64,000 nt of DNA from assembly GCA_951406725.2 (NCBI GenBank), contig OX597816.1, forward strand, positions 135,656,001 to 135,720,000, read 5' to 3'. Below the pieces are notes generated by a model. That model worked only from the letters and a program-made list of their open reading frames with translations, was not told the DNA's origin and did no database searches. The stretch is from Octopus vulgaris (lineage: Eukaryota). Below, piece after piece: positions 13,428 to 26,825 of the stretch (position 1 is the stretch's first letter; the number at the start of each line of letters is the position of its first letter). Made by a program: the position numbers and the translations under genes.

Positions 13428-15125
13428 AGTAACAATGATTAGTAAATGGTAGTGACTGTATGTGTGTGTGTCTACTTGCAAGCACCATAAAGTTGTAGTA
13501 AGCTGTGAACAAACTGAATCCTGAATCTGCAATGCAACTTTGATACTTGGTTGAGCTGTTTCATTTTACTTTCTCCTTGAACCTCTGATTTCCAGTTAAA
13601 TTAAAACAAAAATGTGATACTCTACATCAGAAATATGAAAGTACTTTTGGTAGTGATCCAGCAATGCATCAAGTGTGTGTGTGTACTACATATGTGCAGT
13701 AACTGCAGGTTAGTTGTGTTAAAGAATATTAATTTGTCATGACCTCATTGGCAGATAAGCCCAAGGACCCTGCTCATGGAAGCAATAGAAATTCATGTGA
13801 TGTTGGATGTGAAATGTTGAGGAGAAGCAAAAAGGTGGTATCATATGTACAGGAGTGTGTGTTTGGTCATTAGTAACTATAAGAAGGATCTTAATACTCA
13901 GATAGAAGAGTGTAGGAGACATATAACAGAACTCTTAGATACACCAGACACTGTAAGATAGGGGTTAAAGGACATCTTATCAACACTTTGTAATGGGATA
14001 GTTTAACAGAAAACTTCTCGTAGTTGAATGAAATTCATAGATTGCAACAACAACATTTGAGCCAAAAATCTCAAAGATTAGGACCTTTGGTGTGTTGTGT
14101 AGGAAAGCAAGCCTCCAGAACATCTGGCTCTATGGAAGCTTTAGTGACAGTCATTGAGATGTGACAGATTCTCCATGTGTTAAAGGAAATGGTTGTTTAT
14201 AGCTGTCTCTATCATTAAGATGACGGAAGTGAGAGTGATAAGGAAGTATCTTTCTGGTTACTTCAGTGAGCTGGAGTAATCAAAAGCTTTTGCCCATTGA
14301 TAACTTTTAGCATGTAATAGTGAACCAGGTGGGATTGAGAAGCTGAGATTCAAGGGGCTTTGTTGTGTATGTGGAGCTCCAAAAAAAGTAGACAGGAAAT
14401 GTGGTACTTCATCAGCAATACAGGTTCTTACAAATCTTGATTTCATAGTAGAAGAGGATTTTGTGAAGTTACTAGAGAACCTTCTTGAAGAGGGACATAG
14501 ACCAGTTTAGGAGGCAAAAGGGCTCAAAAATTGTGCAGAGCAAAAGAGTACTATATTGTTAGTATTATATTGTAAGTGCTGTTGTAGGGGATGGAAACTT
14601 TTCAGTAACAACAGTTGACTTTCTCATGGTGTTGTAGGCACTGTTCTTTGTCAATACAGCTGATTGTGAACTACTTGGTGTTGTAGGATTTTTATTGTTG
14701 GGGGATGTCAGTATTAATCAGCCACTTAGCCATCTTCCTTGATGGGCCAAAGATAAAATACATCAGCTGCAAAGGTAGTTATTATATAATTGGCTTAATT
14801 CTACCAGCTAGCTGATTTAAAGTACCAGAGGATTTGCCTTGTTGTTGTTGATGAGTAACTGGAAGTATTTGTTGTTGAGGTGAGTCATGGGAAGTGTGGA
14901 TTCTATGGAAACAACACAGACACCACTATACTGAAAGTAAAACATAGTGTGTAACCTAGACAGTGGAGATGGGTTACAAATAGTGAATAAATTTTTTTAT
15001 TGTTAAAGAGAAATAAGTATGGTTTCTGTGTTGTTGTTGCTGTCTATCCCCAGGCCAGCTTCATTTGAATAGACCTTTAATGAAAAGCATTCTAACCATG
15101 ACCATCCTTTCTTTTCTCCATGCCT

Positions 15126-15660
15126 GCATGGTTGTGCAGTTAAGCAGTTTGCTTTGCAATCATTTGGTTTCAGGAGGGTCTGTCCCACTGCACAGCACTT
15201 GGTCAAGTGTCTTCTACTATAACCCTAGCTCAACCAAAGCCTTGTGAATGAATTTGGTGTATATGGAAACTGTATAGATGTCTATCAAACATATGTATGT
15301 GTGTATGTATGTATGTATGTATGTATGTATGTATGTACATACATAAATACATCCATCTACCCATACATACATATGCATATAAATGTATGTGGTTGTCCTC
15401 CCTCCACCCATCCACCCATCTACCATACAATAATTGACAACCAGTGTTAGTTTTACTCTTTTACTTGTTTCAGTCATTTGACTGCGGCCATGCTGGAGCA
15501 CCGCCTTTAGTCGAGCAACTCGACCCCGGGACTTATTCTTTGTAAGCCTAGTACTTATTCTATCGGTCTCTTTTGCCGAACCGCTAAGTGACGGGGACAT
15601 AAACACACCAGCATCGGTTGTCAAGCAATGCTAGGGGGACATACACAGACACACATACAT

Positions 15661-15745
<85 letters not shown>

Positions 15746-16010
15746 TACGACGGGCTTCTTTCAGTTTCCATCTGCCAAATCCACTCACAAGGCTTTGGTC
15801 AGCCTGAGGCTATAGTAGAAGACACTTGCCCAAAGTGCTACGCACTGGGACTGAACCCAGAACCATATGGTTGGTAAGCAAGCTACTTACCACACAGCCA
15901 CTCCTGCGCCTTGTTTGTTCATGATCCTATAATTTAATGGTTCAGCAAAAGGAAACTGATGGAATAAGTACTAGACTTAAAAATAAGTAATGGGATCAAT
16001 GTGTGGCTGC
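15126..16010 (+). mobile_element. Old main-family SINE interrupted by a younger antisense copy
   Basis: Degenerate 5' half at 15126-15450 and 3' half at 15911-16010. Confidence 0.65.
15451..15910 (-). mobile_element. Young full-length main-family SINE
   Basis: Begins GGCGCAGGAGTGGCTGTGTGG (minus), retains CpGs, ends in an AAGAGTAAAA tail. Confidence 0.9.
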
Positions 16011-16291
16011 AAGTAAGTAAAAGATAAATGATGAAAAATACATAGTGTACCTAGGAATGCATCATCCAATATGTCCTTTTATTAAACCAGATGGAATGTG
16101 ATTTTAGGGTAGATTTGGTACTTTTTCCATGGGGTAAAGTGACATATATACCATACCATGTCTGCCTGAGGATCACATTGCACACTTTAACACAATGGTG
16201 CTCAACCATTTTTTTACCTATGGATACCTTTGATACCTATTTCACTCAGGTGGAACCCCCTATAGCCATTCAATGTTTAAAAAAAATCCTA

Positions 16292-16691
16292 CTCTTACTC
16301 TTTTACTTGTTTCAGTCATTTGACTGTGGCCATGCTGGAGCACCATCTTTAGTCGAGCAAATCGACCCCAGGATTTATTCTTTGTAAGCCTAGTACTTAT
16401 TCTATCAGTCTCTTCTGCCCAACCACTAAGTTATGGGGATGTAAACACACCAGCATCAGTTGTCAAGTGATGTTGTGGGGGACAAACACAAACATATACA
16501 CACCCACACACATGCACATACATATATACGATGGGCTTCTTTCAGTTTCTGTCTACCAAATCCAAAAACAAGGCTTTGGTCGGCCTGAGGCTACAGGAGA
16601 AGACACTTGCCCAAGGTGCCACACAATGGGACTGAACCCAGAACCATGTGGTTCGTAAGCATGCTACTTACCACACAGCCACTCCTACACC
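16292..16691 (-). mobile_element. Main-family SINE
   Basis: Colinear with the 15451-15910 copy. Confidence 0.85.
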
Positions 16692-17649
16692 TATGTATTG
16701 TATTTTTATAATTAAATATTATTAGGAATTGTTATATAAAAAAAAAAAAATGAACTATTTTGTGTATTGTAGAAGTACAACTAATTTATTGCTCATAAAT
16801 TTTAATGGCAAAATCTTATATGGACTCTCAAGGGTCATATGGATCCTAGCTGAGACCACTGCTTTTACATGTAGTATGTATCATATTAGGTGCAGGGATT
16901 CTACCTACCTTCTACATTATCCACAGTTGAACACCAACCACCACTTGTCTCCAGAATTCCCTCTCCAGGAGTGATCTTGGTAGGTCAATCTTCAGTAGAT
17001 CAAAGTCTTCAACCAATTGATCGATGAGTGTCCTAGCAGCATAACCCTTAGGTCACTTTCTGTATTAGTTCCTACTCTGTCTGAGTATATTGCAGTTCCT
17101 CTACTACAATCTGTTATTATATGACTATAAGTTTCAAACAAGCAGGATTGGAGTATGGAAGTTGTTGTTTCTCAGCATCTATCTCTGATGGGAATACTTC
17201 ATGACTAAAATTCTGGAGCTAGTGCAATTATCAATGCTGGTATTATTTGTATGTGTTTATCCTTTTTATGCTTGTCTGAACAGAGTAAGAGATATAGTGT
17301 TTATAGAATGGTGTTGTTAAACTTTCCTATATACTGGATGCTAGAATATGACTAAACATACAATGGCAAAGGGTACAAAGATTTCAACTTGTTACAGTAA
17401 CAAAATTTGCTTCTCACATGTTCAGGTAGCTTTTTTACTTTCAGGTACTTTTCTTTCATTGTGTTGATGGTCTATAGGTGTGGTTTGTGAGAAGCTTGAC
17501 ATGATGCAAGGTGTGCAGTTTTTATTTCTTTTTAGCTTGTTATAATTTATTGTACAGAGATTGGGTGTCAGCCAGGACTAGCATTATTTTAACAATAGAG
17601 CAGTACAATGTCTTCTGTGTTAGAAGTTAGGTAAGGTATGTATTTGTAT

Positions 17650-17687
17650 GCATAAATATATCAAATATAAAATATACACACACATAC

Positions 17688-17718
<31 letters not shown>

Positions 17719-17950
17719 CATACATATACACACACACATATATATATATATACATATATATAGCTAGATACATATAGATGTATATACATACATATAATAT
17801 ATACATATAATATATATATACACATATATATATATATATATACACATACATATATATACAGACATGTATCATATATATATACATATATGTATGCACACAC
17901 ACTCACATATATATGTATATGCATGTATGTATATACACACACATATATGT
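17650..17950. repeat. Degenerate TA/CA microsatellite
   Basis: Directly visible. Confidence 0.9.
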
Positions 17951-18999
17951 TGTTGTATACAATTATATTTAAATATTCAATATTTTTATGTACACTCAGA
18001 CATGGAAAGACCTTTGCTGCAGAAATTGTCTTGAGAGAAAACTCTCCTTGTAAAAACATAGCAATGAGTTTTATGAATGACATCATCAGATCATAGGACA
18101 ACTGTGTTTCTGTGGTATGCTTCACCAGCTACAGACACTGATTTTGTAGATCAAGTAAAAATCATATATCATGATCAGTTAACTAATGTTGGTGAATGGC
18201 TATGTTCAGTGTGACAGTTTGTTACACTAAAAATGCTCTAAATACAATGGATCAAATTATACCAGGTGTGTGTGTGTGTGTGTGTGTGCCTTTGTCCTTC
18301 ACCACCACTTGACAACTGATGTTGTTTGTTTACAGTTCTGTATCTTAGCAATTAAATAACAGGCTTAAAAAAGTAAGTACTGGGGTTGAATTTTTCCTAC
18401 TAAACCCATTGAGGCAGAGCCCCCACCATGGCCACAGTCCAATGACAAAAATAAGTAAAAGATAGAAGACAAAAATAAAAATTATAGTATATCACTACTA
18501 AATAAAAGACAGTAGAATGAGATTTGAGTGAGATTTAGCTGCTAATTCTTATCAGTAATAAAACCATATTAAAACTCCTTCATTAGCTTGAGTTAATTTC
18601 TGTTGCTGAATAATCAGTCGCTAGGATTCTCTCTCCTCTGGAATAGTCTCACACCTAGTTATTTCAAACAGTATCAAAGGTATAATAATTATCCTATAGA
18701 ATGTCTCTATAGCAGTGGCCCTGTGGATCATGTCAGCAGGAAATAAATATCTTATGGCATTGAGTATTAAGCCATTGTGCAGGTATTACTGTCACATAAG
18801 AAAGTACAGTGAGAAAACATGCCATAGATTTGATTTTAATGCTGTTTGTCTCATTTGAAGCTTAGATGTCCTAAACACCAATGTGTAGCCTTCTAAATTT
18901 TCCTTTTCTTTCTTACACTAAAAATGCTCTAAACGCAATGAATCAAATTATACAAGGTGTATGTGTGCGTGTGTGTGTGTATGTGTGATTTTTTTTTTT

Positions 19000-19184
19000 T
19001 TATGGGAAAGGGTTTGTTGATTACATCACCCTCAGTGCTTAGCTGGTACTTATTTTATCAACATTGAAAAGATGAAAGGCAAAGCTGACCTCAATGGAAT
19101 TTGAATGCAAACAGTAAAGCTGAAAGAAATACCACTAAGCATTTTGTCCAGTGTGCTAACAATTCCACCAACTTGTCACCTTTA
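19000..19184 (-). mobile_element. Nin/Deu-like SINE
   Basis: Same core as 7900-8368. Lies within a 13-bp duplication TAGCCTTCTAAAT (18886-18898, 19185-19197). Confidence 0.7.
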
Positions 19185-20093
19185 TAGCCTTCTAAATATA
19201 ATAACTAATCTCCCTTTCTGCACCTTTATCTCCACCTCTGTATTGGTGGGGGTGGCTCCACATCAGACAGAATGTACAAGGTAAGAGACATGTATTCAAG
19301 GTCAGAACAGTAATTTTGCTTATGTACACAACAAATTATGAGCAAGAAGAAGAAAGCAATTTAGACATTGAAGAATGCCTAAGTGTATGCAACAAATTCT
19401 GACTAAATTAACATAGAATAGCTAGTTCAAAACTTTCAGTTTTGTGCAGAGTACAGAAGTAAATAATAAACAACTTTCTGTTATGGTTAATGTGAAACAG
19501 AATATCTTTTTGTCCAAGAAAAGAACAACACAAGGTATAAAAAAAATGACAAAAATTAGGAAGAAGGAACTATAGAATTTGTAATTGTTTATTTAAGAAC
19601 TTAGATCGAGTGGGAAGAACTAATTAAACAATTTTTGATATAAGCTAATGATCAGTTTTGTTTACTGTTTCATATTGAACGAAATTTACCTGTTATTCAT
19701 GATGATCATCATCATCTTTGCCATCATCATCATCATCATCCTCATTGTCACCCCACCACCATCATCAGGAAAATCTACAATTTTGAACTATGTAGTACAA
19801 AATAGTAACTGCATAAAATTGAAAATGAAATTAAAAAATCAAACAAAATTTCCATTGAAGCAACTAACATTTATTTTTTAATATTTGAATGCATTAGACA
19901 GAATACTTGTTATAAGGTTGGGTATAAAATGTCTCCTAGAAACAGGCAGAAAAAGAACTTGTTGCTAGTTGACAATAGGCAGAGCAATGTGCATAGTAAC
20001 ACAGGTGGAAATAAGATATGTTACAATGGGTGGAGTCTTTATATGTGTATGTGTAAATATTATTGCAAGCATGTATATGTTTGAGGGCATATC

Positions 20094-20247
<154 letters not shown>

Positions 20248-20400
20248 GGGAGAGTTTACGAAAAAAACAAAAGACAAAGACAGGTGGTGTACAAAACAAA
20301 CAGATGTATTAGTATAACGCTCAGGAATAGAAAAAGTATTTTACGTTTTGAGCCTACGCTCTTCTACAGAAAGGGACACAGAAAAAACAAGGACAGAAAA
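20248..20400 (-). mobile_element. Penelope-like element terminal fragment with decayed minimal hammerhead
   Basis: Reverse complement of 20248-20300 matches the end (47330-47377) of the GIY-YIG-bearing element. Contains CUGUAGAA-GAGC GUAG GCUC-AAAAC GUA. Confidence 0.6.
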
Positions 20401-20583
20401 AAAAGGTGTATATATATAAACATATATACACCATTTGTAGAAAATATAAATCTGGAGAAGAAGCACACTCTAAGATGTAGAGCAGTATAATCCCATAAAC
20501 TGGCCTTCCCCTGTAATATGCTTGTGTGTGTGTGTGTATTTATGTATATGTAAATATGTATATTATATATATTATATAACTAT

Positions 20584-20646
<63 letters not shown>

Positions 20647-21017
20647 AAGATAGATAGATATTTTCTTTCCTCTTTTTTTTTACTTGTTTCAGTCACTGGA
20701 CTCCAACTATGACATGACACTTTTTTGAAGGGATCAGTTGAACAAGTCTTGTACCTATTCTATTGGTCTCTTTTGCTGAAAAGGTAAGTTACGGAGATGT
20801 AAACAGATCAACAAGCATGTACTGTGGTGGAGGTAATATCAGATTTCTAAACCACAAGTGTTCCTCTATCTAGATAACTCACTAGATTTAGTTACTTTCA
20901 AATTTCTTCTCTGTATTAACTTATGTGCACACTACACATCCTTAACTACTGGATTTGATAGATGGAAATTGAAAGAAGCCTGTCATGTGTGTGTGAGTGT
21001 ATGTGTGTGTATATATA

Positions 21018-21310
21018 TGGTGGCTGCCCCCTCGTTATCGAGTATGGCCATTGCACGAAGCTTAATCAATGTTGTTATCGTGCAATGCCTGTGCAAGAAG
21101 ATTTTTTTTTAAGTGGGGAAAGGCTGAGCACTGAGTCAATCCCACTCACTAAGCAACAGTAGCCATAATCCGAAAAGAAATCAAGTCAACATCATCGGTA
21201 ACCACTGAGCCGCAGGTTTTATGTCGGAGTTATCCCAGTTACCTGAGTTACCTTCTCCTAGAAGGATGCCCCAACAAAGGCTAGGAGTCCTTCACTCCCA
21301 ATGGTTTAAC
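21018..21310 (-). mobile_element. 5'-truncated copy of non-autonomous RTE-derived element
   Basis: Highly similar ~290-bp copy of 21867-22162. Has the RTE leader-like motif GGGCATCCTTCTAGGAGAAGGTAACTC and the stem CATTGCACGA/TCGTGCAATG. Confidence 0.7.
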
Positions 21311-21861
21311 CTGGAAATCGTGATACACAGATATTGTTTTGAGCTGAGTTGGGGTGCTAGATTCCCTTGTTTGAAAATATAAGGACACAGATCATGTCAT
21401 ATAGCCAGCTGGAGACGATGTCTCCTGGGACTAAATTACAGCAACATTCGTCCTAAACCAGGACTGGCATGTTATGTTGGCAAACAATCTTTACTACAAA
21501 GTATTGTTGCTGAATATCTCACGTTGTGAGATTTAAAAATAGTAATTTTCTAAGATATCTTTTAGTTGTTTCTATCACTGGACACCACCTTAAAGGACTT
21601 GCAGGTGTTTTTAATAGATTTTAAGCAGTATTTTAAAGGACTTTGGAAGTTCTTGGTGTGTAAATCTTATCACTTTCATTGGTTTAATTATGTACTTTTG
21701 ATATTTTCAAATTCACCTTTTGTGTGTGTCACTGCTAACTATTCAAAGTGATCATCTTTGATGTCATTCACTTGATGACATGTTCATTTCTTATCAAAAC
21801 CCATGATATAAACTGTACATATATAAAGTATGTGCATATATATATATACACACACACATAC

Positions 21862-22424
21862 ATGGTGGTGGTGGCTGCTCCCTCGTTATCGAGTATGGCC
21901 ATTACACGAAGCTTAATCAATGTTGTTATTGTGCAATGCCTGTGCAAGAAGATTTTTTTTAAAGTGGGGAAAGGCTGTGCACTGAGTTAATTCCACTCAC
22001 TAAGCAACAGCAGCCATAATCCGTAAAGAAGAACAAGTCAACATCATCGGTAACCACTGAGCTGCAGGTTTTATATCGGAATTATCCCAGTCACCTGAGT
22101 TACCTTCTCCTAGAAGGATGCCCTAACAAAGGCTAAGAGTCCTTCACTCCCAATGGTTTAACTGCATGATCGGGTATTCAGTCCGATTATTTCTACGTCC
22201 CCGCGCATGATCCAGCCTTCAGACATTTATTGGATGGCCGTTGACTCTCAAGAGTTCCTCCGACCTTTGACGGGTTTTGTTTTTCATCCCGCAGGGTGTC
22301 CAATAAACACCCTCCTCACCAAGCAAGCTTGGTGGGGCTGCCGGTTTAGTTGCCGATGACCCGACCATGCAACAGGTTGTACTGGGTTACATGTTACCAA
22401 TAGCACTCAAAAGTGACCTGACAC
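21862..22424 (-). mobile_element. Apparently full-length non-autonomous RTE-derived retroposon (~560 bp)
   Basis: CpG-retaining, no ORF, RTE-like leader motifs, short (CAC)n 3' end. Bounded by microsatellites. Confidence 0.65.
22337..22424 (-). ncRNA. Candidate HDV-like self-cleaving ribozyme
   Basis: Nested double-pseudoknot pairing found by eye: P1 GUGUCAGGU/ACCUG(UU)GCAU, P2 GCUAUUGGU/ACCGGCAGC, P3 GUA/UAC with loop ACCCAG, GG, P4 hairpin, J4/2 AACUAA. Confidence 0.5.
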
Positions 22425-22501
22425 TAACATACATACATACATACATACATACATACATACATACATACATACATACATACATACATTCATACATACATAC
22501 A

Positions 22502-22536
<35 letters not shown>

Positions 22537-24739
22537 TAGTATCTTCGATATTATTTTTAAAAATTCATATTTATGATGGACTTCAGTAATACATGCATGA
22601 ACACAAGTAAATTCACATTTGAATTTCTATCTGGCCAATGTTGCATTTTCAAATATCTCTACAACTTCATTTGCTATTTGTGTATGATATAAGCCATTCA
22701 AAAATTTTCATTGCTTTTTTTTCTTACACATTTATTATCATTAATAGTGTATTTTCTTCCTACTTCTTTAATACTATGGATATTTTGTTTTAAACTTGTT
22801 TCAGTTGCTGACAACATTTTGTGTTGAAAACATTTTGGTAGTAGGATTCTATTACAGCTTGTTTTGCTGTCGTTTTTTTTTTTTTTTTTCCAGTTAATAT
22901 TTTTCATTTATTCATCATTGTTTTTTAATATTAAATATTAAATTCATGTTCTGTTAACAACTCCTTTGCAATATTTCACCTTATGGATGTCTGCTTCAAA
23001 TTTTACATTTTCAACTGTTGCTTGCTTTGCTGGTGTTCTACTAAGAATTGATGTTTTAGCTATGATGGATATACTTTTAGTATTTTTCTTTTCGGCATAG
23101 GTAATTCTAAGATTTCATTAACTTGCTTTGCTTCACTTTTATTTTGATTATATAACTGCATGTTATATGTAAACAAACAATAGACTTCTTTCATTTAGTT
23201 TGCATCAAAAGGGTGACAAATAATGTGAATGGGATGGGCTTAATTTTTCAGTAAGCATAAACATAGATAGGATAACAGTATTTACAATGGTATTGTGTTT
23301 AGTAACGAATACTAACTGTATTAAAAATGCATTGAATATATATATATATTAAAATTTATTGCCAATATCTAGGCAATAATTTTCATTGCTTCATAAATGC
23401 ACATTCTTTTAACATGCTTGCATTCTATCTTGTAGTTCTATTTTATATTTTTCAGTTGACATTTGAGCTTCTTTCATGCTGCATTTCTTGCCAGTGTTTT
23501 TCCCACTGGCATGCCATATGTATACTTATGCATATTCACTATAAAAATATATGATACAATGACATCAAATGAAAGTAAAACATGCTACCTTACACACACA
23601 CACACACACACATACATACATGCACACAAACACACATACATTCTCTCTCTCTCTCAAACATGCACATACACATAAATTGAAAAATGAATTAAGTTGAAAA
23701 GAAAAAGATGAAGAAGGAAAATGAATTGAAAATAAGTTAGAATAAGTGGTATATAGAAATTACTGAACATTTCCTAAAATAGATATTAACTAAATAGTAT
23801 AAGAACAAAGAAAATTATTCAAGTTTATAGCAGAAATATGGAAATTTTTAGTTGAATCTTGAGGTTTGGAGGGTCTGCTTTATTACCTTTACAACTGTCA
23901 TGGAGATTTTTATGATAATCTTGGTGGTTTTAATTGCTTTCATTCAATTCATAATAAGATTTTGAACATTGAACACTAAATAACTATTCATTCACAATAT
24001 AACTATTGAAATACATAAAATTATGATTTCATTTCAATCCTAACTGAAACAACTACTGTTCAGTATAAAATCAAACTGCTGTCTTATGTTAACATTCATG
24101 AGAAATGCAAAAAAATTTAAATGAAAGGCTTTGTTAGCTTCACTAATTTGGCAGAAAATCAAATCTGCAGTATTCTAGCTACCAAATCCCTGGTATTGAC
24201 AGATAAATATTACAGAATGAATTTACATCAAATTAAAAGACTATTAAGATCAATAAAAATAAAAAACAAAACAAAACAAAAACACTAAATTATTCATACA
24301 AAACTGTGTGGGAAACGTGATGTTTTACCAAATAAAAATATCCATTATTTCTCTTGCAATCAATGTGAGCTGTCCAATAGTCAGGTTTAACTTTATAAAC
24401 AATGTCTTTCAATTATAATTTGAATATGAAATATAACTGCATTGTTCTCATATGTCTTGTCAAATAGTTACATTGGTAATATTTTTTTTTTATTGTTAGA
24501 CTAAATTAGTCCTTAGAAAATTGAGCTGAAATTAATGTAGACTACTCCAAAATTATGTTGTACATTGATTTTCCATTTGAAAGGAGATAAAAGTAGATGA
24601 AATTTGTACACACACACACACACGTGCATGCATACGTGCGCGTTTGTGTGTTTTTTTTCCCTTTACAATTGAGAGTTAATCTTGACTAGTCATCTGTTTG
24701 GTAGCAAAATAGTGATGGTTGTTAGCATCTTGTTTTATT

Positions 24740-26140
24740 CATCATCCTTTAAATCTTAAGAAGGTCTTGCAGATTACTATTGTCCCAGATATTGCACTCA
24801 TTTGTAGTGTATGAATTAAGGAGTTGCATTTTCTCCCAAAGAACTCAAATTCAGCCATACTTTGCTCCAAGTGGGTCAGTATCTTCACTGTTACTCCAAT
24901 AATTATAGGTACGAAGCTGAAAGTGTATCTTAGAAACTGGACTTTCAAACTGCTTATTAATGATCTATAACTGCTTTCTTTCTCTTGTGTTTTTTCTGAC
25001 CACATCAGTGTCCAGCAGGCAATTGATTTCCATAACAGTGTGTATATTTTTTCTTGTGGCCCCATACAACAATATCTAGTTGGTTTTGTTTTAAATTGGT
25101 GACAGTTTTAACTTCCATGAATATTCTTTTAACCTATCAGACTCAATAAATCCCCTTTATCTGTCAGTATTTTCTTTTTCATGTTCTGTTCCAGACTGAT
25201 CTGGCCACAGCATTATCATCATCATCATCATCATCATCATCATCGTTTAACGTCTGTTTTCCATGCTGGCATGGATTGGATGGTTTGACCGGGGTCTGGG
25301 AAGCCAGGAGGCTGCACCAGGCTCCAGTCTGATCTGGCAGTGTCTCTACAGCTGGATGCCCTTCCTAACGCCAACCACTCCGTGAGTGTAGTGGGTGCTT
25401 TTTACGTGCCAGGGGAGGCTGGCAACGGCCACGATTGGTTGGTGCCTTTTACGTGCCACCGGCACGGAAGCCAGTCAAGGCGGCGCTGGCATCGGCCACG
25501 TTCGGATGGTGCTTTTTACATACCACTGGCACAGGTATCCAACTACAATTTCCATTTGATTTTTATTTGATGTTGATGTACTTGACTCAATAGGTCTCCT
25601 CAAGCACAGCAGGTCGCCGTACAATCCAAGGTAAGCACAGCAGGCTGTTCTGCGATTCAAGGTACTTTTGATGAGCTGGGGCTGCTAAAGTACTTTGGCC
25701 CATCCAAAGTACCTTGGATAGCAGAACGGCCTGCTGTGCTTACCTTGGATCGTAGGGTGACTTGCTGTGAGAAGACATTTTCTTGCTGTCGGTTATAATG
25801 TGGTTGGTATCTTCAGTTTTATTTTTATGCTGCCAATGTTTGTACTCTTGTCAATCTGCTCTGCTTTTTATGCTATAGATACTTGGTGGGGATCTCCTGT
25901 TCTCGAACCGCATGGAGATAGCCTTCAAAGTGAAATGTTATAAACTTGTCAGTGCTCCATGCTGAGCTTTTGATCCGATTTATTCTTTCTATGCGTTGCA
26001 TCTGTCATGCCAAGTACACATGCACTAACTTATCAATGAACTATTCAAAATTTTCATTTTGTTGTTCTGAGCAACAGAATTTCCCAATGTACCCTGGGGA
26101 GTATTCAAGAGTGTATGTATGGTGTCTGTGTCTATGATAT
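24740..26140 (-). mobile_element. Degraded R4/Dong-type RLE LINE 3' part, interrupted by an RTE fragment
   Basis: FVPIIIG...LQMSAISGTIVICKTFL RLE C-terminus (ORF 24742-25065), LDIVVWG, and FEGYLHAVREQEIPTKYL motif near 25880-25930. Confidence 0.65.
25216..25769 (-). mobile_element. RTE 3'UTR fragment with (GAT)n tail and 5' fold-back inversion
   Basis: Homologous to 29337-29800. 72-bp inverted arms at 25605-25676 and 25698-25769. Confidence 0.8.
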
Positions 26141-26514
26141 ACGCACGTATGTATGTATGCTTGCATGTGTGTGTATAAATGCATTTATCTATGTATGTGC
26201 ATATGTATGCATGTATGTATGTGTGTGTATGTATGCATATAAGTATGTAAGTTTAACCTAATGGTATTTCACAGAGATATTGGTAACATAATTAGATTGT
26301 GCAAATAATACTTACTTAACCCAGAAATGAAATCAATGTGACTTTTTTCTTTCTTTTTCTATTCTTAAAAACAGATAAAAATGAGACAATGAAGAGATCT
26401 TTTTGTTTAAGAACACAATTCAAGTAATGACATAAAAGAACAAAAAATATTAAGAAAACAAAGAGTTTCTGTGTTTTAACTTTATTTGGAAACAGCATTT
26501 CAGATTAATTTCGC

Positions 26515-26783
26515 CTGACTGGCATCCGTGTCAGTGACACGTAAAAGCACCAACCGATCATGGCCGTTTGCCAGCCTCCTCTGGCCCCTGTGCCGGTGGC
26601 ACGTAAAAAGCACACACTACACTCACGAAGTGGTTGGTGTTAGGAAGGGCATCCAGCTGTAGAAGCACTGCCAGATCAGATTGGAGCCTGGTGCAGCCTC
26701 CTGACTTCCCAGACCCCAGTCGAACTGTCCAACCTCTGCTAGCATGGAAAACAGATGTTAAACGATGATGATGATGATGACGA
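26515..26783 (+). mobile_element. RTE 3'UTR fragment with (GAT)n tail
   Basis: Reverse complement of the 29337-29600 3' end. Confidence 0.85.
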
Positions 26784-26825
26784 TCATTCTCTATCTTCTT
26801 TCCTTTTAACATTATTAGTGATATC

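Noticed and set aside
22620-23160. Possible helix-turn-helix transposase relic (IKEVGRKYTINDNKCVR)
   Set aside because: Short, interrupted, and no TIRs identified.
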